DNA of 64,000 bases from Candidatus Pyrohabitans jungbluthii (lineage in GTDB: Archaea > Hydrothermarchaeota > Hydrothermarchaeia > Hydrothermarchaeales > BMS3B): assembly GCA_002010065.2 (NCBI GenBank), contig MTMD02000002.1, positions 512,001-576,000 of the forward strand, in the 5' to 3' direction. Under the pieces are notes generated by a model. It was given only the letters and a program-made list of their open reading frames with translations, had not been told where the DNA came from and ran no database searches. The first letter of the stretch is position 1; each line of letters begins with the position of its first letter. Of this stretch, positions 30,701-38,714 are shown one piece after another. The position numbers and the translations under genes are program-made.

Positions 30701-33700
30701 ATAACTGCTGTTGGTTATGCCAGCACCGACGTACTCAGCTGCCTTGCATGCCACCAGAATGCCACTGATGCCAGCCTGAGGGACTTCATGCTCATCCCTG
30801 CCAACGATCCAAATGAGGGTAGCTCCGTCTCAGATGTTGATGGAGATGGGATTAAGGGTGGCAACATAAGCTTCTACCACTATGGTAAGGATAACAGCTG
30901 GTTGAGAACAGGGCCTGGTGGCAGCACTTCCTGTCAGTTCTGCCATCAGAACAACAGCATCTTCACTGCAGTAATGAGCGATTCCACTCACAACAGCATG
31001 CAGAACCACACTGACAATGCTGTTGTAGACTGTACTGACTGTCATGGTACTGGCTGGATACACAATGCATCGCTCACCAAGCCTGTGCTTACTGCGAGTG
31101 ATGACAGCGTATGTACAAGCTGTCATACAACCAAGAGCCGGCACAACAGCGCTGGCAACCGCGCCAATGCTGAGGAGGTAAAGTGTATTGCCTGCCACAC
31201 TGGTGATGTAAACACCTACCAGCCTAGAGACATCCACGGCATAAAGATTATTAACTCCTCGGGTGGTTATGAACAGTGGGGCACCTCTTCTCCAGCGACC
31301 TGTGTCACCTGCCACCAGAGCAACCTTGGTGGCAAATTTGCGAACGCTTCGCAGGTACCTTCACCGCTCAATCACAGCCAGGATCCCATTGCTGGGCAGA
31401 AGTGGAACAAGACTTCGCAGGCTTACTGGACTCCTGGCGATGATCAGGAGGCGTGCAACTACTGCCATGGCGATTCCAGGCACGAGGCTAATGCACTGGG
31501 CAATGCCTCAGCTATAGAGGATTCGCTGAGCAGGAACGCCACTGACCTCAGCACCACCAGCTGGTGTGCTGGTTGCCACTACTCGGAGGCGAGCAACTAC
31601 AACGGCACTGCCTTCTCGCCTCAGCCGCCCGAGATAATCACCTGGGGTGGCACAGCCAATGATGGTACCACCTTCAAGAATCACAGTGAATTTGGCATTT
31701 CGCCGTCATCATATACTGACGATAAGTGCACCTCTTGCCACAGTGGTAGCACTTCTTCGACTGCGCTGTATCCGCACAACGTTTACGAGGGCGTCGCAGG
31801 CGGTCCCGAATGTACCACCTGTCACTATATAGGCAGCGCCAATCCCAACATCAACGTCACCGCCTTCTCTCTGGGTGTGCACGGCAAGATAGTTACCAAC
31901 TCCAGCACCTTCTCCACCTATGGCTACAACCAGAGCTGCTGGGCGTGCCATGCCACAGATGGTAGTGTAACTCCCAGTGGTCATCCTGATAGGCAGAAGA
32001 ACCCGTGGACCTGCGTTGACTGCCACACCTCTGGTGGAGCCAAGGCGGGTGCTTATGGCGCTCCAATAGTGAGCGAGCACTACCGCAATGGCAGCGAGGT
32101 GAAGGCGGTTACGGACGCAGCCAGTGACGTGCTCAGCTGCATTGCGTGCCACCAGAACTCTACCACAGCAAATACCATGATAATCCCGGCAAACGACCCG
32201 GATGAGGGCAGCGCTGACATGATTGATGTTGACGGCGACGGCACCAAGGGTGGTAACCTAAGCTTCTACCACTATGGTAAGAATCGTACTGATTTAATCA
32301 CAGGAGGAATAACCAGCTGTGAATACTGCCACGTGGGCGGTGGCAATGAGTTTGCCTCGCTCTTCAACAATACTCTAAATACCAACATAACCAACCACAC
32401 CGATAACAACAACCCCTACTGCACAGGCTGCCACGGCAGCGGAAGGATTCACGACGCAGCCATCTTCAAGACCAGCGTTACCAACAGCACCTTCTGCGTA
32501 AGCTGCCACGGCAGCGATGCTGTGCCAAAGCAAGCTCACGCAACAGACACCAGCGAGAACACTCTCGGTAGCGGTGTGCCCTGCGCCGACTGTCACACCT
32601 CAGTGCCCAGAGATATCCATGCAGCGAGGTACATCCTTGCAAATGGCAGCTACTCTGCGCCCTACGATAACTCTACCTATGCGGTTGCCAACTGCGTAGA
32701 TTGCCACCAGCCTGGTGGGGTGCCCTCAGCCAACTCCAAGTTCTCCAGTGCACCCATAATTTCCAAGCCCATGAACCACAGCGATAGCAACCTCTCTGGT
32801 CAGAAGTGGGGCAACTACTGGGCTCATGGCGATGATCAGAGCACGTGCAACTTCTGTCACGGTGACACCAGACACAACTCCTCTGGCCTGGGCAAGGCGA
32901 GAGTGGTTATGGGAAGCAACTCCCTCAACCAGAGCCTTGACGCTGGCATATGGTGTGCAAATTGCCACTACAAGGTTTCGTCCGAGTACAACGAAACTAA
33001 GCTCCTTAACACCTTTGGTGTGCTTCCGCCCGAAATTACCAACTACTCCACGGGTGAGATAAACTTCAGCGATGGTTCAACTTCGCAGAACCATTCTGAG
33101 CTCAACCTGGATAGCAACTATAAGGATTCTCAGTGCGACGGCTGCCACGGCTATAACAACCCGATCAAGACCTCTGGTAGCTTTGTGCACCAGGTTGCGG
33201 TTGGTAACGTGGGTGCCGAGCCCGGCGGTCCTGACTGCGTGAGCTGCCACAAGCCAGGTGGCTATGCAGAAACCTATAACCACTCCATAGATACTGATGT
33301 TATGGAGAGCAGCAGCTACATCCACCGCTACCTCAACAAGGACGCCACCGCAAGCACTTCGCTGAGCACAACCCTCAACAAAGCCTGCTGGGCATGTCAC
33401 GATCCCAAGGGTCAGGGCGTGGAGCCGGGTGCTAAGGAGCACTACAACACCACCACAACGGCGAAGCGCTGCACCGACTGCCACCTGAGCGGTGCCTTTG
33501 GCGCTCCCGTGGTGAGCGAGCACTTCTGGAATGCTCAGGAGATAAAGCTAAATAAGACAACTGCATGTGAGGACTGCCATGCAAGAGCTGAGATGGTGCT
33601 CAACCACACCGACCCCTCACCAAGTATAGCCGAGAATGCCACAATGAACGCTTCCCACTACGGCACGAAGCGCAACGATGTCAAGGCAAAGACAGGCAAC

Positions 33701-34600
33701 GGCTACTGTGGCTACTGTCACCAGCAGCAGCATAGCGACTCAACCGCAGCGTTTAACGACCTCTTCAACGATCCGGCGAAGCAGCGCATACCCAGGCACA
33801 GCAACGGCACGAGGCACAACTACGATACCTGCGTGAGGTGTCACAACGCTTACAACAGGAATCTACATGATATAACAGTTATAAAGAACAATATAAACAC
33901 CATAAATTGCTATCTGTGCCATTCTGTAACAGAGGGATGGGCTTATGTCCATGGCTTTGAAAAGAGTAAAACGTTAGACTGCCAGGATTGCCACGTGGGC
34001 GACACAGGTACAATCCATCCGATATCCTACATACGCAGCGACGGTACCTATAAGAACTACTCTGTAACCACGCCGAAGAAGGCTGATTGCGTGGACTGCC
34101 ACCTTGGTTCAAATTCCGCCATAGATACTGCGATGCAGACCTACTATGGTAAGGTTCCGCCAAGATTTGCAACCTTCAAGCACAACCTCTCCACCACCTA
34201 CTGGAGCACAACAAAGCAGGCATGTCTGTACTGCCACAACCCCGTGCACTGGGAGGCGGTTGGTGTTTCCCGCATTGCTGCAGCCAAGGCTGGAACGAAG
34301 TATCGGCAGATAAGGGATGACCACAAGCCTCTCAACAACACCCTCTGGAACACCACATGGTGTGCCTCTTGCCACTACAGCGGCGATAGTGATTACGACG
34401 ACGTACAATACGTCTTAACCAAATCCAGCCTCTACGGGCGCTCACCTCTGCCACCTGTCATAAGCACACCTTCAAGCCACTATGGCGCAGATATTACTGT
34501 AAACTACACCGACGCTAAGTGTGGCGAAAGTACCTGCCATGGTGGAAGCTACACCCCGAGCGACGGGCTTACCCCATTCATGCACAACATAACCAACTGA
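24716..34600 (+). CDS. Giant secreted multiheme c-type cytochrome (3294 aa)
   Basis: Signal peptide, N-terminal Ig-like region, about 69 CxxCH plus 3 CX4CH, 1 CX9CH and 1 CxxCK (hand count); five tandem 12-heme modules; many N-x-S/T sequons. Confidence 0.95.
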   Translation: MRRGLVLVFTLAVLFSVSPVHAKVTNWNVNIEFRDTANNIITSIQPGQTFYVNISVTASSDTGETYPMAKLSIPPGFTIIPKKINDGTYDIEEHSVHFYSLEADGDWYVTGSSLADGTNWNTGWVVKADDYLIPGKNYTFFIAMYDEDTTGGTKTSYYENFPAYYQGWGNKFYKDIYVQPTISTLTVSVNSTTYDIGGGVTVEGFKIGDTVLISGTTEPNANVNITIWKPQYTIGAKITTTADGSGNFQATYTLTENWDRRGIYTVEVIAYKAPNLIARTKINFYVGDNIAQNDKAFRSKRVSPPDISYSCGDCHTAVFFNYSVMSQADQINPGSEGTPDPHKEHPYRSPPTENCDWIHWIHDPLPEFNESRLASGVLLKQDRVTAGRSYTQPGEITHLAEWERDDDIPPPYAITEFYAEPLNYPDSAGEWTACSMCHLNVRGYSYVRTDNTLTCTPKGNNRPGCHVVEREGTHKYTPSCQNCHVPSGKSLKDVELPNCLKCHAIKNYWEYGVGTSHATDSSGSDITDAVMADDENVFRLDTSGQYVEANISAPFREKALQVIKIGVNWNGTTSGGAGNQQIELQYLDVNGIWQSAGLSPARTTPFEATDYFIIKNTSDPSLTNPAGLNEHGEIVVRVVYPTDGNSKEFADIDYIFMDILADDSIALEGAHEGVECLNCHGHSHNATRQIYCTSCKGQKLAPEGEHVWQKKNATGGDIIEGVNTSLWCTECHGGYGHTSITNTPSCAKCHNPSVANKSWKRYSYTEIPPWGLDNIHGRANLFCEDCHIDNHNVTLPSCNAEGCHIANISDTVPSSGYYATWDDSTKTHDPSHSSGTNYTIEMHAYNASGWYGKSDKKWGATCDECHNNHTSEVYLKLENKWINASTDSMVHSTNRSIAEMVPYNESYASYDAKWCVDCHQDRGSHYGWSCLDCHYRDDGDDTFKEPAFHSAKIAKSGGGGPNCIGCHDIGGSATHIINVTALNLSVHGGIVTNSSTYSTYGLNQSCYACHTSDGQAPDDMGDRYNNPWTCVDCHTSGGAKAGAYGAPIVSEHYRSGDNITAVGYASTDVLSCLACHQNATDASLRDFMLIPANDPNEGSSVSDVDGDGIKGGNISFYHYGKDNSWLRTGPGGSTSCQFCHQNNSIFTAVMSDSTHNSMQNHTDNAVVDCTDCHGTGWIHNASLTKPVLTASDDSVCTSCHTTKSRHNSAGNRANAEEVKCIACHTGDVNTYQPRDIHGIKIINSSGGYEQWGTSSPATCVTCHQSNLGGKFANASQVPSPLNHSQDPIAGQKWNKTSQAYWTPGDDQEACNYCHGDSRHEANALGNASAIEDSLSRNATDLSTTSWCAGCHYSEASNYNGTAFSPQPPEIITWGGTANDGTSFQNHSGYLSSGYDDSVCTSCHSGSTSSTALYPHNVYEGVAGGPNCISCHDIGQSGAPKHINFTAVNSSENIHFNLNNATPVSYDPVNRICLGCHSSDGSEPASGHPTGYKSPYTCVDCHVNSPPAHASNAPQVREHYRNGSEVKAVTDAASDVLSCIACHQNSTTANTMLIPANDPDYGSFDADGDGVSGGNISASHYGKKRTDIVSGGVTSCAYCHQNAGSEFAGVFNKSGNADMLNHTDNTVVDCTDSNCHSSGRIHDSALTKPPTMYNNTYCTTCHTGKELHGSNTITGISPQGSGVNCYDCHADENKEVAPIHGISYINTTGGFTVWDNSSAATCKTCHQSSVADAAIGATAPKIRSPLHHSDDPIAGWKWNASGYWNDTNSVEYDDSCYFCHGSVKHSANAMGLIVTNNVTGSNSYNTSSFDTSYWCANCHYSNSADNYAGDLFTPKVVEITSWPVNSSDGQQEFVNHTSYISSGHTDSVCKGCHGGFAPETTGDFAHDVAIGAAGGPNCISCHDIGANPSVTHVINVSALQQGVHGNIDTPADDATYGLNQSCYACHTSNGQAPPEGDMGDRAFNPWTCVDCHTSGGAKAGAYGAPIVSEHYRSGDNITAVGYASTDVLSCLACHQNATDASLRDFMLIPANDPNEGSSVSDVDGDGIKGGNISFYHYGKDNSWLRTGPGGSTSCQFCHQNNSIFTAVMSDSTHNSMQNHTDNAVVDCTDCHGTGWIHNASLTKPVLTASDDSVCTSCHTTKSRHNSAGNRANAEEVKCIACHTGDVNTYQPRDIHGIKIINSSGGYEQWGTSSPATCVTCHQSNLGGKFANASQVPSPLNHSQDPIAGQKWNKTSQAYWTPGDDQEACNYCHGDSRHEANALGNASAIEDSLSRNATDLSTTSWCAGCHYSEASNYNGTAFSPQPPEIITWGGTANDGTTFKNHSEFGISPSSYTDDKCTSCHSGSTSSTALYPHNVYEGVAGGPECTTCHYIGSANPNINVTAFSLGVHGKIVTNSSTFSTYGYNQSCWACHATDGSVTPSGHPDRQKNPWTCVDCHTSGGAKAGAYGAPIVSEHYRNGSEVKAVTDAASDVLSCIACHQNSTTANTMIIPANDPDEGSADMIDVDGDGTKGGNLSFYHYGKNRTDLITGGITSCEYCHVGGGNEFASLFNNTLNTNITNHTDNNNPYCTGCHGSGRIHDAAIFKTSVTNSTFCVSCHGSDAVPKQAHATDTSENTLGSGVPCADCHTSVPRDIHAARYILANGSYSAPYDNSTYAVANCVDCHQPGGVPSANSKFSSAPIISKPMNHSDSNLSGQKWGNYWAHGDDQSTCNFCHGDTRHNSSGLGKARVVMGSNSLNQSLDAGIWCANCHYKVSSEYNETKLLNTFGVLPPEITNYSTGEINFSDGSTSQNHSELNLDSNYKDSQCDGCHGYNNPIKTSGSFVHQVAVGNVGAEPGGPDCVSCHKPGGYAETYNHSIDTDVMESSSYIHRYLNKDATASTSLSTTLNKACWACHDPKGQGVEPGAKEHYNTTTTAKRCTDCHLSGAFGAPVVSEHFWNAQEIKLNKTTACEDCHARAEMVLNHTDPSPSIAENATMNASHYGTKRNDVKAKTGNGYCGYCHQQQHSDSTAAFNDLFNDPAKQRIPRHSNGTRHNYDTCVRCHNAYNRNLHDITVIKNNINTINCYLCHSVTEGWAYVHGFEKSKTLDCQDCHVGDTGTIHPISYIRSDGTYKNYSVTTPKKADCVDCHLGSNSAIDTAMQTYYGKVPPRFATFKHNLSTTYWSTTKQACLYCHNPVHWEAVGVSRIAAAKAGTKYRQIRDDHKPLNNTLWNTTWCASCHYSGDSDYDDVQYVLTKSSLYGRSPLPPVISTPSSHYGADITVNYTDAKCGESTCHGGSYTPSDGLTPFMHNITN
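27791..28854 (+). repeat. ~1064-bp direct repeat, copy 1
   Basis: Appears identical to 30602-31665 (offset 2811); alternative-frame ORFs 28019-28504 and 30830-31315 translate identically. Confidence 0.92.
30602..31665 (+). repeat. ~1064-bp direct repeat, copy 2
   Basis: See copy 1. Confidence 0.92.
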
Positions 34601-34666
34601 TGAGCAAAAAAGTTAAATATAAAAAAATCTAAAAAATGTTAAAAAACATTAAATATATAGGGTGAA

Positions 34667-35215
34667 GTGATGAGCGGCCTGCGTATGATGGTGCTGACGC
34701 TGGGATTGATGGCTTTGCTAACCTTAGTCATGCCCACAGCGATGGCTAAGTTCAGCGGCCAGCACCAGTTCGTGAATGGAAGTGAGGTGGATTGCGCAAA
34801 GTGCCATATTGATGTTTATGATGAGCTTACCGCTAACCCCGATGCGCCTCATGCAAACCGGAGCTGTAAGTTCTGCCATACGTGGGGTAATGAGAGTGCC
34901 CCCGGATTCTGGAAGGACCCATTGGGTTTGGATCTTAAATTTCATGCGGCTGCTACTATAGCTTGCGACAATGAATACTGCCATGGCAAGGCAGGAGCTA
35001 ACGTCACCGCTGAAATAACCAACACCTCCGCGGCGCATACGCCCTTCTACGAGAGCATGCACAACGAGCCATACCTCCAGGGCGGCAATGAAGCCTGCGT
35101 TGGCTGCCACACTCAGGTGAAGGTGAACGTCACCATATCTGAAGCCAAGGGCTTCAACATCACTGCAACGAGCAACGGTACCGACTGGAACATAACCTTC
35201 AGCATAGTACCTTAA
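34667..35215 (+). CDS. Secreted tetraheme cytochrome c, archaeal nanowire (ECN)-like subunit 1
   Basis: Signal ...MPTAMA|KFSGQHQF; CAKCH, CKFCH, CDNEYCH, NEACVGCHT; C-terminal beta-strands. Confidence 0.85.
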   Translation: MMSGLRMMVLTLGLMALLTLVMPTAMAKFSGQHQFVNGSEVDCAKCHIDVYDELTANPDAPHANRSCKFCHTWGNESAPGFWKDPLGLDLKFHAAATIACDNEYCHGKAGANVTAEITNTSAAHTPFYESMHNEPYLQGGNEACVGCHTQVKVNVTISEAKGFNITATSNGTDWNITFSIVP

Positions 35216-35284
35216 ATAAAATTTAAAGGTAATCGAAAAATATTTAAATAAGTATAAACAAAAACAAAATGGAGGTGAAAACAC

Positions 35285-35827
35285 ATGAGGAGAGTACTAC
35301 TCTTGGTGGGTGTGCTGGCACTGATGATGCTGGTGATGCCCACAGCGATGGCAAAATTCCAGAACCAGCACAGCTTCCTGAACGGCAGCAGCGTAGACTG
35401 TACCAAGTGCCACTCGGACGTCAACACGGAACTTCAGGGAAGTGACGTGAGTGTGCACAAAAATCTTGACTGCAAGGACTGCCACATAGCTCTGGGTCCG
35501 CAGGCAGCGGGCAAGGGATACCACGCTGCCGAGCTGGTGGAGTGTCTCTACTGCCACGATACCAACGCTGGTCAGAATACCACCTGGACTAATCGTCCGA
35601 TACCATCCAACAACGTTACCGCCGAGATAACCCAGACCACGGCAGCGCATAAGCCCTTCTATGAGGCGATGCTCACAGAGACCACGCTCCAGGGTGCCAA
35701 CGAAGCTTGTATAGGCTGCCACACCAATGTGCAGGTGGACGTTGCCATAACCGAACAGACCGGCTACAACATTAGCGCCACCTACGACGGTACCGGCTGG
35801 ACTGTGAGCCTGACAGGCACATTCTAA
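35285..35827 (+). CDS. Secreted tetraheme cytochrome c, ECN-like subunit 2
   Basis: GGAGGTGA RBS; ...MPTAMA|KFQNQHSF; CTKCH, CKDCH, CLYCH, NEACIGCHT; paralog of the upstream gene. Confidence 0.87.
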   Translation: MRRVLLLVGVLALMMLVMPTAMAKFQNQHSFLNGSSVDCTKCHSDVNTELQGSDVSVHKNLDCKDCHIALGPQAAGKGYHAAELVECLYCHDTNAGQNTTWTNRPIPSNNVTAEITQTTAAHKPFYEAMLTETTLQGANEACIGCHTNVQVDVAITEQTGYNISATYDGTGWTVSLTGTF

Positions 35828-35829
35828 GC

Positions 35830-35876
35830 AGGGTTAGCATAACTGCTGCTACCCTTCCCCTCTTTTTTTTATTTTC
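35830..35876 (+). terminator. Putative terminator after tetraheme gene 2
   Basis: Imperfect hairpin AGGGTTAGC...GCTACCCT followed by a T8 run. Confidence 0.55.
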
Positions 35877-35896
35877 GTTAAATTTTTGCGAGGGAA

Positions 35897-36631
35897 TTGA
35901 TGAATGCCCTTGATATAGTTGTGCTGTTTTACCTTTTGACAATGAGTTTCACCTTCCTAGTGTTCCTGCTCAGTGATAAGTTGTCCCTCCTATTCAAACG
36001 TCTTGTTACTTATGGAAAGCAGCGCAGCTTCCAGAGAAAGGTGGAGAAAAGGTATAGGGAGATGGTGGGTCTGGATAGAATACGCAAACCCACCTTTTCA
36101 GGTGCGATGCTGATAATAATCTTCTACCTCATCTTTGGCGTTTTTGCCATGAACAAGTACCTCTACTTCGCCGCCGTTGCGTCGTACAGCATGTACCCCA
36201 CCCTTGATAAGGGAGACCTTATACTTGTGCAGAGCTTTCACCTTGAGCCCGAAGTTGGAGACATTATCCTCTTCAGCGGTATAGAGGTTGGCGATGAGGA
36301 GAGGCGCGAATTCGTGAGCCACCGGGTTAAGAAAATAGAGGGTGAGAAAATATATACGGGCGGAGATGCTAGAGGTGGTCTTGACCCGTGGGTGGTGCAC
36401 CGGGAGCAGATAGTGGGCAAGGTGGTAACTCTCTTCGGTCAGCCTGTAAAAATCCCCAAGATTGGCGAGTATCTTATTATGGAAGAGGGCAAATCCATGA
36501 GAAACATCCTCCTGCTCCAGTACTTCCTCAATATGAGCAGAATTTACGGTTTTCTGATATTTATCACCGCAATGCTGCTCTACCTCTACCTCACTGCCCG
36601 TGAAGCGAGAAGGCGGGAGGTTAGTATATGA
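35897..36631 (+). CDS. Signal peptidase I (S26, ER/SipW-type Ser-His)
   Basis: VASYSMYPTLDKGDLILV, VGDIILF, VSHRV, TGGDA...DPW, IVGKV. Confidence 0.88.
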   Translation: MMNALDIVVLFYLLTMSFTFLVFLLSDKLSLLFKRLVTYGKQRSFQRKVEKRYREMVGLDRIRKPTFSGAMLIIIFYLIFGVFAMNKYLYFAAVASYSMYPTLDKGDLILVQSFHLEPEVGDIILFSGIEVGDEERREFVSHRVKKIEGEKIYTGGDARGGLDPWVVHREQIVGKVVTLFGQPVKIPKIGEYLIMEEGKSMRNILLLQYFLNMSRIYGFLIFITAMLLYLYLTAREARRREVSI

Positions 36632-37776
36632 AAACAAAGCACAAGGTCTTGCTTCTTGGTATCATCGCCATAGGCTACTACATGTTCACACTCTCCGTAG
36701 CAGAATTTAGAGGTCAGCACTCCTTCATAGCGGGTGTCCAGGTAAACTGCACCTCCTGCCATGAAAACGCTGCCTCCAACCTCTCCGCCTCTGCCTACCA
36801 CTCCAGCAAGAGCTGCACCTTCTGCCACAGCGTAACCTTTGTAAACAACTCAGCCCACGGTGCCACCACCACCATCGCCTGTACAGACTCGCTCTGCCAT
36901 GCCAACGTCACCGCTAACCTAACCTCCCCCTACGAGGCGCACAGAGACCTGTACCTTAAAGCGGAGGACTACTTCACCGGCACCTACACCTATGGTCCCA
37001 ACGAAGCGTGCATCTTCTGCCATACTAAGTATCGCAAAGAGATAACATTTTACCATCCAGAGTACATCAACTTTACCATTACAACCAACCACACATCCAA
37101 CTCCTCCTGCGACAGTGGCACCGTTAAGACCTTCAACATCACCCGCTTTGTGGTTGGACCACAGGCAACCAGACCACCCGAACTGTTTACCGACACCGGG
37201 AATCTCCACTACTTTATAAACGTTACTCAGATAAGCTGTTCCGCCAGCCCGTGCCATAAACCGATTCAAGACGCTTTAACTTATAGTATACAATATAGAG
37301 CTCACATAAGCGATGTGGAGGACGAAGGTACAGACGTGGGTCACGCTACTTCAAGCTACGACGACTCCTACTGCAAGGACTGCCACTACAACACAGCCTA
37401 TGCCTTTTTATACCCAGGCTTTGTGCACGCCGACGAGGTGCATGCTGCAGAGAAAATAAAATGCACCTCCTGCCACAGCGCTAATTTGAGTGCTCCTTTT
37501 CCCGCGTCGAATCAGGACAACAACGGCACCGAGCACGGGTGCTCCACTCTATACTATGACATAGAGAAGATTCCAATACACTACCAGGCAGATGTTTGTA
37601 TTGCCTGCCACTACCGGTATGTTCACCTGGATACAAATACTGACACATCAGCCTGCGATGCTTGCCATGTCAACAGCAACAATACCGCCTTTAACCTAAC
37701 AGTAGTTTACTATTCGGAATATTCATCAGACCCAGGTTATGTCACCATATCCGTGGTCAATCTGTCAGGCCTATAA
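36628..37776 (+). CDS. Secreted ~9-heme cytochrome with a tandem ECN-like domain pair
   Basis: A|EFRGQHSF N-terminus like the tetrahemes; 7 CxxCH and 2 CX4CH; NEACIFCHT; repeated H-(G/A)-A-x(3)-I-x-C. Confidence 0.85.
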   Translation: MKTKHKVLLLGIIAIGYYMFTLSVAEFRGQHSFIAGVQVNCTSCHENAASNLSASAYHSSKSCTFCHSVTFVNNSAHGATTTIACTDSLCHANVTANLTSPYEAHRDLYLKAEDYFTGTYTYGPNEACIFCHTKYRKEITFYHPEYINFTITTNHTSNSSCDSGTVKTFNITRFVVGPQATRPPELFTDTGNLHYFINVTQISCSASPCHKPIQDALTYSIQYRAHISDVEDEGTDVGHATSSYDDSYCKDCHYNTAYAFLYPGFVHADEVHAAEKIKCTSCHSANLSAPFPASNQDNNGTEHGCSTLYYDIEKIPIHYQADVCIACHYRYVHLDTNTDTSACDACHVNSNNTAFNLTVVYYSEYSSDPGYVTISVVNLSGL

Positions 37777-37853
37777 AAAGAGTAACTATTAAGCGGAATG
37801 TAACATTTATTAGACAGGTTAATTAATTAAAATTAATTAGAGGTGAAAAAAGA

Positions 37854-38696
37854 TTGTATGACATGGAAGTAAGGCTTGAGGAGAAGTTTGCCCTCAGTTT
37901 GTTATTTATCGCACCTTTGCTCATGGTTTATTTTCCACTCTATTTCTACTATCACGGCTTCAAACATGGGGACATGGATTTATCACATATAATACTCTCC
38001 GCCCTCCTGTTTTCTCTTGGATTTTATGCTCTTTCAGGCTCGTTCAGGATATATAGTAAAGTTAAAAAACATCTCCACCTTGAGGGAGCCTTTAAAACTC
38101 TAATATTACCTGCAGTGGAGCCCCTTCTCAGGCAGATAGCTCTTCAAACAGTGTCCATGCAGGAACTTGAGAATAAAATCTCGCAAGTCAACCGTTTTCT
38201 GGACAAAATTTCTCCAACTGATAAACCAGCCACATCCAGGGTGCAGTCAGCAGCTTTCCAGAGGAACTCCATAGCTCTCGGCATTTTAACCCTCGCCATT
38301 GCTACCTTCCTGCATCTTACCTCCAGCACCTTCCTCCAGGCTTACATAACCTTTCTACTCTTCTTCGGCTGGTGGCATCTAATAACCTCAGAATTCAACC
38401 TCCACTACTCCATCCGCTCCTACATCACCCTGGCGATTTTCGCCATAGGTGAACTCTTAATACTCTTCTTTCTCCCAACCAAAGGAGTATTCACCAACCT
38501 GTTCTACACCTACCTGAACCTTACCATTATTGTGTATGCCTACTATCGCCTGGCTTTCATAGACTCACCTCGGGTCATTATAGAAAGAAGTTTCATCGCC
38601 TACAGAACTGTTCGACACTTTCTCTCGTTACTTATCCGGGACTTCGTAGGTAGCCACTTTGAATATGGCAAAAAATTTTTAAATAATAAAAAATAA
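37854..38696 (+). CDS. Membrane protein with central coiled coil (paralog A)
   Basis: 2 TM, helical linker, 4 TM; FFGWWHLITSEF. Confidence 0.75.
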   Translation: MYDMEVRLEEKFALSLLFIAPLLMVYFPLYFYYHGFKHGDMDLSHIILSALLFSLGFYALSGSFRIYSKVKKHLHLEGAFKTLILPAVEPLLRQIALQTVSMQELENKISQVNRFLDKISPTDKPATSRVQSAAFQRNSIALGILTLAIATFLHLTSSTFLQAYITFLLFFGWWHLITSEFNLHYSIRSYITLAIFAIGELLILFFLPTKGVFTNLFYTYLNLTIIVYAYYRLAFIDSPRVIIERSFIAYRTVRHFLSLLIRDFVGSHFEYGKKFLNNKK

Positions 38697-38714
38697 TTTC
38701 ATAAAGGTGTCCTT

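Noticed and set aside
27791-31665. Long direct repeats as IS/transposon ends or DGR template/variable repeats
   Set aside because: In-frame coding modules with no transposase or reverse transcriptase and no adenine-specific differences seen.
24761-34408. Many antisense and alternative-frame ORFs inside the giant cytochrome
   Set aside because: Shadow ORFs caused by codon bias; duplicates merely reflect the DNA repeat.
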